Shown in pieces: positions 1 to 7,249 of a DNA stretch of 64,000 nucleotides (position 1 is the first letter of the stretch; each line of letters opens with the position of its first letter). The notes under the pieces were generated by a model. It searched no databases. It saw nothing but the letters and a program-made list of their open reading frames with translations, and was not told where the DNA came from. The position numbers and the translations under genes were made by a program. The DNA comes from a virus, in the IMG/VR virus record IMGVR_UViG_3300031368_000001, positions 44,286 to 108,285 of that record. One strand, given 5' to 3'.

Positions 1-17
1 ATAACATTCATCCCGTC

Positions 18-524
18 ATGAGAGCATTCATCAGAGCAAGACCAAAATTACTCTTTGACTTTAGGCCTACTGGAGATATGACCAATTCTCCAACACCGCG
101 GACGGTCGCTCATGTAGGAAGATTATACGCAGATAAATATTCTACAGAGACAGAGTATGAACTTTACTCAGGCGCTGCAGGCGAAGGCTTTGCCGTAGAA
201 TTCCTGGCATTTTCAAAGATCTTTAGAAAGCTTGTCAGCCCTAAGAAAGTTATTCAGGACCCTGATAGCTTTGTTATCCCTTCTGAGCCTGATGTACTCT
301 ACGCACTCTGCGGAGCAGTAGCTAATCTTTCAAGCGAAGATACTATGAAGAGTATAGTTAAATTTGCAGAGAGATTAGCGGATAGCAATAACTTTGATAA
401 TGGAACAGCCAGGTCTGAATTTGCAGTGTTGCTAATTAGAGACAGCTGTAACCATGATAATGAATGTAGGAATACACGAGAATATATAGAATGGCAGACA
501 CAGAATCCAGATATCGTGGTGTAG
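18..524 (+). CDS. C-terminal part of a MoxR/CbbQ-like AAA+ ATPase (likely begins upstream of the window)
   Basis: SPTPRT motif (sensor-like 'TPRS/T') and a helical tail typical of phage AAA ATPases; lies just upstream of a DUF2201/vWA gene, the usual partner. Confidence 0.6.
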   Translation: MRAFIRARPKLLFDFRPTGDMTNSPTPRTVAHVGRLYADKYSTETEYELYSGAAGEGFAVEFLAFSKIFRKLVSPKKVIQDPDSFVIPSEPDVLYALCGAVANLSSEDTMKSIVKFAERLADSNNFDNGTARSEFAVLLIRDSCNHDNECRNTREYIEWQTQNPDIVV

Positions 525-555
525 GAAATGATGGTATAAGCCGCAGGGGAGTACT

Positions 556-924
556 ATGAAAAAGAAAAAACTATATTATGCTACAAAGGATAATTTTACA
601 GAACTAACATGGAATCCAGAACTTTTTGATAATTTTAGAGAAGCAAGCTCTCATGAAATCACATTAGAGCAGCTAGCAGACATGTTCGACCAGCACGCGG
701 AAAGTATTAATGCGCATGACTTCGTTACTACTCACCGTGCATTAGCAGCATTGCTTTATAAAAACTTTGGCAGGGAAATAGCAACCAAAGTATTAATATC
801 ACTTGTAGATTTTGAAGGTCTGCATGGTCTTACCGGGGTCGGTGGCAAAACAAATCCAGATGAACATGAAAAAGAATTACATGTACCATTGAATAACTGG
901 AAAGATTGGAGCTTAGGAATATAA
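556..924 (+). CDS. hypothetical protein
   Basis: 122-aa ORF with GGGGAG RBS. Confidence 0.6.
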   Translation: MKKKKLYYATKDNFTELTWNPELFDNFREASSHEITLEQLADMFDQHAESINAHDFVTTHRALAALLYKNFGREIATKVLISLVDFEGLHGLTGVGGKTNPDEHEKELHVPLNNWKDWSLGI

Positions 925-926
925 TT

Positions 927-2330
927 ATGAACCAAGACATTCTTACTAAAATAACCACAGCCCAAAAAATTCTCATTCTCGATTATTCATTCTGGGGAAG
1001 TCTCGCTCTGCGTCTTACTCTAAAAGAGGACGAAACCTGTAAGACCGGTTGGACTGATGGAGTTACTCTTGGGTATAATCCACACTGGATCGAGACTCTC
1101 TCACACAAAGGAACCGTGGCCTGGTGCGCTCATGAAGTATGCCATCCAATGTGTCAGCATCATACAAGAAGAGCTGGAAGAAATCATAGGTTATGGCAAA
1201 CGGCTGCTGATTATGTGGTTAACAGTATACTTGTAAAAGAAAAATTTGATTTACCCGGCCAGCCTCTCTACGATCCACGCTTCAATGGTATGAGTACAGA
1301 TGAGGTATATAGTATTTTAGAGAAAGAAATGGAGGAGGAAAGGGAAAATAGAAGGAAAGAAATCAATGAAAAAAATAAAAGTGAAAATAAAGGAGTTAAA
1401 GGAAATAACTTACCTGATAGCTCTACTGATCCTGGCAACGAGCCTATGGATGACAATTCAGATGATGGGAATGCTGGGAATGATAGAGACACCAACGATA
1501 ATGGTAAAGATGATGAAAAGAATCAAAAAGACAGCGGAGGTGATTTAGGGAATAACGCCAATAAGAGCAAAGATGATCCTGATGATAACGATCCTGATAA
1601 TAATGATCCTGATCCTGGCAACTGCGGAGAAGTAAGAGACTATCCAGGCAAGGATAATGACCCCTCCCCTTCTGACATGAAACAGCAAGAACAAGATTGG
1701 AAAATAGCAACTGTGCAAGCTGCAACACAAGCTAAACAACATGGCAACATGCCCGCAGGTCTCGATGCTGAAATTCAAAACATAGTAGAACCAAAAGTAG
1801 ATCCGCGAGATTTATTACAAAAATTTGTGGCCATGTCTGCTAAGAATGACTTCACGTGGTCCATGCCAAATAGAAAATATATTCCTCATGGATTATACCT
1901 ACCCAGTATGAAGAGTGAAGAACTGGGAACTGTGGTTTTAGTTTTAGATACATCGATTAGTATCGGTCAGAAAGAACTGGATAATTTTTCAGCGATCGTC
2001 TCAGCTATTCTGGAAACGTATATTATAGATGCGATTGTTCTTTACTGTGACACGAAAATATACGAACCTGAGTATTTCAAGAGAGAAGATTTACCCCTGA
2101 AACTAAAAATGAAAGGACGGGGTGGAACGAATTTTGCGCCACCTTTCTTGTTCGTAAAAGAACATGACATAGATCCGGTATGCCTGATTTATTTAACAGA
2201 TCTTGAATGTAATGACTATCCAGATTTTGAACCAAGTTATCCGGTGATGTGGATATGTACGGACCCACCGGAATATGTATATGATATACCACCATTCGGG
2301 GAAATAATATATATAGATTTAGAGAAGTGA
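927..2330 (+). CDS. DUF2201-type metallopeptidase + vWA domain protein
   Basis: TGWTDG and AHEVCH (HExxH) motifs, acidic D/N-rich linker, VLDTSISI (MIDAS DxSxS), GRGGTNF, IYLTDL; start taken at MNQDIL. Confidence 0.85.
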   Translation: MNQDILTKITTAQKILILDYSFWGSLALRLTLKEDETCKTGWTDGVTLGYNPHWIETLSHKGTVAWCAHEVCHPMCQHHTRRAGRNHRLWQTAADYVVNSILVKEKFDLPGQPLYDPRFNGMSTDEVYSILEKEMEEERENRRKEINEKNKSENKGVKGNNLPDSSTDPGNEPMDDNSDDGNAGNDRDTNDNGKDDEKNQKDSGGDLGNNANKSKDDPDDNDPDNNDPDPGNCGEVRDYPGKDNDPSPSDMKQQEQDWKIATVQAATQAKQHGNMPAGLDAEIQNIVEPKVDPRDLLQKFVAMSAKNDFTWSMPNRKYIPHGLYLPSMKSEELGTVVLVLDTSISIGQKELDNFSAIVSAILETYIIDAIVLYCDTKIYEPEYFKREDLPLKLKMKGRGGTNFAPPFLFVKEHDIDPVCLIYLTDLECNDYPDFEPSYPVMWICTDPPEYVYDIPPFGEIIYIDLEK

Positions 2331-2512
2331 TGATGCCTAAATATAAAGTAGTTTTGTTGTCGCCAATGCTAACCTGGGAGAAAGTAGATGCTGAATCAAC
2401 TGAAAAGGCTGAAGAAGAATGTTGGAATGATCCATGCCTTGATCGAATAGATTTGACAGACGGGCCATTTTATATGGCCGCAGAGGAAATTGAGGAGGAT
2501 GAAATTGAGTAA
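2327..2512 (+). CDS. hypothetical protein
   Basis: 61-aa ORF overlapping the upstream stop. Confidence 0.55.
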   Translation: MMMPKYKVVLLSPMLTWEKVDAESTEKAEEECWNDPCLDRIDLTDGPFYMAAEEIEEDEIE

Positions 2513-2611
2513 ACCTAATCTCCTTGTAGTTACCTTCTTATATCTTTACTTTGTTGTCCGCGCGTAACCTTTTTTTTAGAAATACTACCTAAAGAAAGAG
2601 AGAAAGAATAA

Positions 2612-2851
2612 ATGAAAATAGCCATAGTTAGCTCAAAAGACCTTGGCCTCAACTGCTGGTCACCAAAAAGATTTCTTGGATCCTGTGATCAGTGTGATAA
2701 AGTAATGAAATGTAAATTACCAGAAGCCCGAGCAGGGAGAATTAAGTTACTAAATGGTAAAATTACTGAAGCTCATAAAATAGTGAAAAAATTAGAAGAG
2801 CAGAGATTCCAGGAAGTGAAAGAAGGGTTGAGGGAAGAGAGTAAATTGTAA
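2612..2851 (+). CDS. hypothetical protein (Cys-containing)
   Basis: 79-aa ORF ending just before the attI-like site. Confidence 0.6.
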   Translation: MKIAIVSSKDLGLNCWSPKRFLGSCDQCDKVMKCKLPEARAGRIKLLNGKITEAHKIVKKLEEQRFQEVKEGLREESKL

Positions 2852-2854
2852 TTT

Positions 2855-2897
2855 GTTTATATACAGATATTTTTCTGGTTAATACTGTGCGTTATAC
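2855..2897 (+). mobile_element. attI-like primary recombination site A heading the left cassette array
   Basis: GTTTATATACAGATATTTTTCTGGTTAATACTGTGC/GTT; 36/39 identical to the reverse complement of 62076-62114; GTTATACGC (2891-2899) is the exact reverse complement of GCGTATAAC (3107-3115) closing cassette 1. Confidence 0.75.
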
Positions 2898-2915
2898 GCA
2901 AAAGGAAACTTAAAT

Positions 2916-3107
2916 ATGAAATATATATATGCTGTACTCAGGGAGACAGGTGGAGCACACAAAAGTATGGACGTAATGAGCGTGTGGACAAACAAAAAAC
3001 TCGCCCAGAAAGAGGCTAATAAATTGAATGTATTAGCATCGGAGGGCTATGAATGTGAAGTGCGTAGATGGATTGTAAATGAAACTGGTGATACAATTAA
3101 CTGGTAG
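2916..3107 (+). CDS. cassette A1 hypothetical protein
   Basis: 63-aa ORF between GTT 2891 and attC 3109. Confidence 0.7.
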   Translation: MKYIYAVLRETGGAHKSMDVMSVWTNKKLAQKEANKLNVLASEGYECEVRRWIVNETGDTINW

Positions 3108-3108
3108 C

Positions 3109-3167
3109 GTATAACCATGCCCCTGAAGCCAACAGCAAATAGCTGCGGCTTACCGGCGGCGTTAGGA
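3109..3167 (+). repeat. attC site A1
   Basis: GTATAAC-CATGCCCCTGAAGCC...GGCTTACCGGCGGC-GTTAGGA; nearly the same sequence as attC 61865-61923 (-). Confidence 0.88.
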
Positions 3168-3174
3168 GTCAACA

Positions 3175-3444
3175 ATGAGTGTTGTCACAGATATTATTTT
3201 GGTTACTGCTATTGAGGATGGCGCATATAGACCATCATTCGACTTAGTTAAAGTCGACCAATACGCAGGCGGAGGCAAGGCGGTACAGTGCGATGTGTTT
3301 ATGTCAGCCGTTAACTACTTGGTTTTAGAGGATTTACTTGATTGGTTCAAGTCTGTAAGATGGGAATATCCAGAACAGGTGCAACTTTTTGTTAAAGGCG
3401 AACACGACGACAAGTTTGCTGTGTACTGCCCTGAAAACTCCTAA
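3175..3444 (+). CDS. cassette A2 hypothetical protein
   Basis: 89-aa ORF; cassette starts GTTAGGAGT and ends ACTCCTAAC (9-bp perfect complement); the stop codon lies in the R'' box. Confidence 0.75.
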   Translation: MSVVTDIILVTAIEDGAYRPSFDLVKVDQYAGGGKAVQCDVFMSAVNYLVLEDLLDWFKSVRWEYPEQVQLFVKGEHDDKFAVYCPENS

Positions 3445-3505
3445 CCAATCGTTCAACAACCGACCGCCGATACAGCCCTGTGGCGGGTTAACTCAAACGT
3501 TAGGT
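3439..3505 (+). repeat. attC site A2
   Basis: TCCTAAC...CCGCC..GGCGG GTTAACTCAAAC GTTAGGT hairpin. Confidence 0.85.
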
Positions 3506-3669
3506 GGCAAGCATGAGAAAGCCTTTGACAGGGCATAGGCCATATCCGAGTGAAAGGATAGTACAGCCCATGGATAAGGCATCACACATGCAAGTCTGGT
3601 TGGCTATAACTATTATTGGCAATTAGCATTGCTGGTAGTTTAGGCAGTTCGATTCTGCCATTGCCACCT
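3503..3669 (+). ncRNA. ORF-less cassette A3 encoding a structured RNA with tRNA-like acceptor stem and T-arm
   Basis: GGTGGCAA/TTGCCACC terminal stem; GGCAG-TTCGATT-CTGCC T-arm; nested stems GCATG/CATGC, GCCTT/AAGGC, GGGC/GCCC, TATCC/GGATA. Confidence 0.6.
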
Positions 3670-3727
3670 AATAAATCCCTGAACCAGACGCCATAAAGCT
3701 CGGCGCTGGTTAGCTCAAGCGTTAAGG
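3666..3727 (+). repeat. attC site A3
   Basis: ACCTAAT...AACCAG-CGCC...GGCG-CTGGTTAGCTCAAGC-GTTAAGG. Confidence 0.82.
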
Positions 3728-3736
3728 AGGAAAAAA

Positions 3737-3895
3737 ATGAAAATGTCAGTAAAAGAGTTTGATTCATTGACAAAGAGAGATTTTGACAATGGAGCGGTTA
3801 GGGATGCTATTCGCAATAGCTTAAAAGAGTGTGAAAAATTGCTTGCCTCCCAACAAGTCGTTGAAGCAGACCGCGCTAATCGCACGACTGATTAA
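3737..3895 (+). CDS. cassette A4 hypothetical protein (52 aa, not in ORF track)
   Basis: AAGGAGG RBS immediately after GTT 3721; MKMSVKEFDSLTKRDFDNGAVRDAIRN...; reads into the attC. Confidence 0.65.
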   Translation: MKMSVKEFDSLTKRDFDNGAVRDAIRNSLKECEKLLASQQVVEADRANRTTD

Positions 3896-3909
3896 CTCAG
3901 GCGTTATAA
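3848..3909 (+). repeat. attC site A4
   Basis: TCCCAAC-AAGTCGTTGAAGCAGAC...TGATTAACTCAGGC-GTTATAA. Confidence 0.75.
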
Positions 3910-3922
3910 TTTAAGAGGAAAA

Positions 3923-4171
3923 ATGAAAGAAGAAAAAAAAATATGCGACATGATTTTAAGTACTGTTTCACGCTTCAATGATGCTCAAAGTATTGGGATT
4001 GAGGTTCTAGAGAAATATAAGAACATGGATAAAGGCATAGTTCCAGAGTTGCAAGAAATCGCTTTTCATGTTCAGAGTTTAGCACGAGGCTGGCGTTCTC
4101 AGCAAGATCGGGCAGATGAGTGTTATGAGAAATATGCTGCATATAAAAAATATTGCAATGAAAATCTATAA
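3923..4171 (+). CDS. cassette A5 hypothetical protein (attC reduced to R'' CTATAAC)
   Basis: 82-aa ORF after GTTATAATT, ending ATCTATAAC with no following hairpin. Confidence 0.65.
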   Translation: MKEEKKICDMILSTVSRFNDAQSIGIEVLEKYKNMDKGIVPELQEIAFHVQSLARGWRSQQDRADECYEKYAAYKKYCNENL

Positions 4172-4189
4172 CAATAAGGAGGAAAAACC

Positions 4190-4459
4190 ATGCCAGGAGT
4201 AATTAATTACACAAAGCTCCCAGAAAGTCTAAGAGGGGGAGCACAAAGATGGATAGAAAATGGAATAGTTCCAGGAAGTTTTCTCACAGCAGTGATCCGT
4301 AATGATCTAACAGAAAGCTTTGCACAAGCTGATTATATTAATATCACTAAATTACAAGATATTGTGCACTTCTTTTACTGGGAAGCTCCAAGCCAGTGCT
4401 GGGGCTCAAAGGAAAAGATGATTGCATGGGGGAAAAAATTTAATGAGATAAGACCATGA
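4190..4459 (+). CDS. conserved phage hypothetical protein
   Basis: PGSFLTAVIRNDL...A...APSQCWGS pattern seen in phage small proteins; AAGGAGG RBS. Confidence 0.7.
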   Translation: MPGVINYTKLPESLRGGAQRWIENGIVPGSFLTAVIRNDLTESFAQADYINITKLQDIVHFFYWEAPSQCWGSKEKMIAWGKKFNEIRP

Positions 4460-4719
4460 ATATGAGAAGCGCTATGGCCAGCGCAAGAGCGAGAACTTTA
4501 AATGAAAAATTCCATAAAAGTGCTGAAAACACTGTAAATAGATTACTAACAAGCCCCACACATTCAGCAAGAGTCTCTACAAAGTTAGCTAAACATATTT
4601 TGATACAACATGAAACTCTCTTATATAATGGAATAGTATATTCTACTCACGTAAGAAATATAGGCGCTGGTGTAAAGGAATTATATTTAAAGGAATTTCA
4701 TGAGGAGATAAGACCATGA
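4456..4719 (+). CDS. hypothetical protein
   Basis: ATGA-coupled to the upstream ORF. Confidence 0.65.
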   Translation: MNMRSAMASARARTLNEKFHKSAENTVNRLLTSPTHSARVSTKLAKHILIQHETLLYNGIVYSTHVRNIGAGVKELYLKEFHEEIRP

Positions 4720-4988
4720 CTGATAATGATGCCATGACCGACAATAACACCATCCGTGATGTAAACACCGTCCGTGATGTAAACACCGTCCGTGATGTAA
4801 ACACCGTCCGTGATGTAATAAAATTTAAAGTACATGTGATAAGAACAGGCTGGGCAAGTTTGGATATTGCTATCGCTGCAAAAGATAAGGATAGTGCAAA
4901 AACAAAAATTATGGATACTATTGGAGACTATGAATTCTCAGAATATGATGCTGAGTATGAAATAGAATCTATGGAGATAATACCATGA
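4716..4988 (+). CDS. hypothetical protein with NTVRDV repeats
   Basis: ATGA-coupled; contains an 18-bp tandem repeat. Confidence 0.6.
   Translation: MTDNDAMTDNNTIRDVNTVRDVNTVRDVNTVRDVIKFKVHVIRTGWASLDIAIAAKDKDSAKTKIMDTIGDYEFSEYDAEYEIESMEIIP
4746..4817 (+). repeat. 18-bp tandem repeat AACACCGTCCGTGATGTA x4 (extra copy at 5042-5059)
   Basis: Read directly from sequence. Confidence 0.9.
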
Positions 4989-5212
4989 CTGACAATACTA
5001 TGACTGATAATACCATGACCGATAATAATATGACTGATAATAACACCGTCCGTGATGTAATGAAAGATCGTATCCGGGATCTGTTGGCTGGATATTTTAG
5101 GATAGATAATTTAGATGTAGACGCTGATCTCGTAGCCAATATAGCTGATGAAGCTTTTTCGGTGACAGGGATAAGTGAGAAAGAACAGGATGAGGAGTGG
5201 AAAATTTTATAG
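4985..5212 (+). CDS. hypothetical protein with MTDNT repeats
   Basis: ATGA-coupled; N-terminus shares repeats with the previous ORF. Confidence 0.6.
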   Translation: MTDNTMTDNTMTDNNMTDNNTVRDVMKDRIRDLLAGYFRIDNLDVDADLVANIADEAFSVTGISEKEQDEEWKIL

Positions 5213-5407
5213 AGGTTAGCTAATACAGGCAGTGATTATAAAGAGCCCCAAGAAGGAACCTGGTGTGGTTTTAATCATTGCCTGTATTTTTATGTCTGGG
5301 TTTTCTCTTGTTCTAAGAGATCAAAAATGAAAAATAAAAGCCGGTCCTTTAGGAAATCCTTAATGGTTGTGAGAAAAAGTAGCTGTGAGAAAAAAAAAGA
5401 AAATATC

Positions 5408-5587
5408 ATGAATACTTACATAGGCACTTACCAGGATATGATAGAAAGAACTGTAGAGCTGATCCTTGCCGCGGCAGAAAAAATTCATAATAAAGATGCT
5501 ATAAGTCGGATTTACACGGCCAACAGAGAGGTTGACACAAAAATTGGCAATATTATGGAGAATATCAGAAAGAAGAAGAGATCATGA
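5408..5587 (+). CDS. hypothetical protein
   Basis: ORF 5327-5587 in track; internal ATG (MNTYIG) is the more plausible start. Confidence 0.5.
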   Translation: MNTYIGTYQDMIERTVELILAAAEKIHNKDAISRIYTANREVDTKIGNIMENIRKKKRS

Positions 5588-5799
5588 CTAAACAGGAAAA
5601 GCGTAAGTACTGCATCGGCTGTAGAGACAATTTCTACAACGGCAATAATCCATATGGCATTAAGGAATGCTGGAATCTTAAAGATGCAAAATTCGTGAAA
5701 AGAAAAAAGATTCCTATAGATTTGAGCCCACCTTATGATCATATAAAAAAACAGAAAGTTTTGAGCTGCTATGGCCAAAAGGGGTATGTATATTGGTAG
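5584..5799 (+). CDS. small Cys-rich phage protein
   Basis: KYCIGCRDNFYNGNNPYGIKECW motif; ATGA-coupled. Confidence 0.7.
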   Translation: MTKQEKRKYCIGCRDNFYNGNNPYGIKECWNLKDAKFVKRKKIPIDLSPPYDHIKKQKVLSCYGQKGYVYW

Positions 5800-5802
5800 T
5801 TA

Positions 5803-5897
5803 GGTGGTAAATGCTGCTTATAAGCAGAGGGTCAGCTTGTATCTGACGTTTGATAGTAAACAAAACTATCATGCAGGGTTAAATCTGTATACCACCT
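5803..5897 (+). ncRNA. ORF-less cassette encoding a tRNA-like cloverleaf (TGT in anticodon position, long variable arm)
   Basis: GGTGGTA/TACCACC acceptor; CTGCT-TATA-AGCAG D-like arm; GTCAG-CTTGTAT-CTGAC anticodon arm; TGATAGT/ACTATCA extra arm; TGCAG-GGTTAAAT-CTGTA T-like arm; flanked by GTTA/TAAC. Confidence 0.65.
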
Positions 5898-5951
5898 AAC
5901 CAACCCACTAAGCTCGATAGCTAAAATTGCTGGTTAATTCAAGCGTTAGAT
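5894..5951 (+). repeat. attC site after the tRNA-like cassette
   Basis: ACCTAAC...CTGGTTAATTCAAGC-GTTAGAT; right arm resembles attC A3. Confidence 0.75.
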
Positions 5952-5968
5952 TCATCAAGGAGGTAAAC

Positions 5969-6166
5969 ATGGAAATAGACGAAATTATAAATAACTTGGG
6001 CAAAAAAATATCAACTCCAAAAGGAAATCAATTATTAGCTGGTTTTCAAATTGCAGTGTTAATGGAAAACAATAAATTAAAAGCATATCCTCAATCAATA
6101 TCATTAATCTGTTGGTCAGATAATGGTGGAAAATATATGCATTGGGCAATTGATTGTAAAAAATAA
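5969..6166 (+). CDS. cassette hypothetical protein
   Basis: AAGGAGGT RBS, MEIDEII..., stop codon within AAATAAC. Confidence 0.65.
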   Translation: MEIDEIINNLGKKISTPKGNQLLAGFQIAVLMENNKLKAYPQSISLICWSDNGGKYMHWAIDCKK

Positions 6167-6221
6167 CAAGCCGGTTGAGTCTAACGCTCATAAACTCGCG
6201 TGTCTTACCTCACCATTATAC
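6161..6221 (+). repeat. degenerate attC site
   Basis: AAATAAC-AAGCCGGTTGAG...CTTACCTCACC-ATTATAC (GTT mutated to ATT). Confidence 0.5.
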
Positions 6222-6254
6222 ATCCTAATAGCGTCTTAACGAAAGGAAAATACC

Positions 6255-6404
6255 ATGAAAGTAGACCTAATAGCTATTGGCTATGAATGGATCTGTCTGA
6301 AGTGTGGACATCTTAATAATGAGTTCGAGATATTAAAAGAAGTTACCTGCGTAGAATGCGGTGAGATTTATGAAGTAGGTGAGACAGAACATGCGTGTGG
6401 GTGA
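6255..6404 (+). CDS. small zinc-ribbon protein (49 aa, not in ORF track)
   Basis: MKVDLIAIGYEWICLKCGHLN...TCVECGEIY, two CxxC motifs. Confidence 0.6.
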   Translation: MKVDLIAIGYEWICLKCGHLNNEFEILKEVTCVECGEIYEVGETEHACG

Positions 6405-6465
6405 GACAGAACATGCGTGTGGGTGAGGCAGAACATGCTTATAGGTGAGACAGAACATACTTATA
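6378..6465 (+). repeat. 22-bp tandem repeat GGTGAGACAGAACATGCGTGTG x4
   Basis: Read directly; the last two copies have diverged. Confidence 0.9.
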
Positions 6466-6498
6466 GATAAAAAAGCAAAATAGAGGAGGTGAGTATAC

Positions 6499-6738
6499 AT
6501 GAATAACACAATTTTCATATCGATAAAGGGCGGAGTTATCCAGAGTATCAATGTTACGGATGACCTGGATAGTATAAAAGCTGTGGTTATTGATTTTGAT
6601 GTTCAAGGAATAGAGGATTCAACGCTCAATCTTGTGGATGGTCAGTGGGCAGTAATTTTTAATTACGGAGTAGAAAAAATAGCGGACGGAGATGTGGAGC
6701 ATTTTGAGGGGATAGTGAAGAAGGGGACTAAGGGATGA
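6499..6738 (+). CDS. hypothetical protein
   Basis: GGAGGTG RBS; I.I.GGVIQ...V.VIDFD pattern common in phage small proteins. Confidence 0.7.
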   Translation: MNNTIFISIKGGVIQSINVTDDLDSIKAVVIDFDVQGIEDSTLNLVDGQWAVIFNYGVEKIADGDVEHFEGIVKKGTKG

Positions 6739-7249
6739 TTTTTTAGTAATGACAGCTAGATTTACTTGGATACTGTTTTTTGAGAAACTGTTTTCTTTGA
6801 AGATTTTCTATGTCGCTTCTTTTTATAATTCTCCAGACTTCTGATAAAATCCGGGTCAAAGTAAAGTGGTTTCTTTTTAGGCAGTAAATTCTTACCAAAG
6901 TCTCCAAAGTTAGTCATTATAATTTTTCCCTATAACTCTTCCTTCTTTTTTAGCTTAAATTATATCATATTTATCAACTAAAAGCTAATATTATTTTAGA
7001 CATATAGAAAAAATGTGGAAAATAGTAAAAATAAATAAGAACTTAGGAAAACACAGCAATTTAAAGCAATTTAAAGCATTTCAAAGCAATCCATCAGATC
7101 GGATATTTGGGGCCATCAAAAATCAACAAAAATTTTTATTAATGATTCTATATACTTATATTAAAAATGATGGGGATGATTTTTTCTGATTCTTAAAAAT
7201 CTCTGCAAAATTTTTCCTGGATAATCACGGAAAATAGCAAAAAGGTTTT

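Larger units (their letters stand above)
2892..4172 (+). mobile_element. integron-like gene cassette array A (5 cassettes, last one with truncated attC)
   Basis: Four ~60-67 bp imperfect hairpins of the form ..TAAC/TAAT/CAAC...GTTA separate single ORFs or ncRNA; each cassette's start (GTT..) complements its own end (..AAC). Confidence 0.88.

Noticed and set aside
3109-3909. Intergenic hairpins as rho-independent terminators
   Set aside because: They lack U-tracts, are imperfect with bulges, are bounded by TAAC/GTTA, and ORFs read into some of them
6378-6465. 22-bp repeats as a mini-CRISPR
   Set aside because: The copies are contiguous with no spacers
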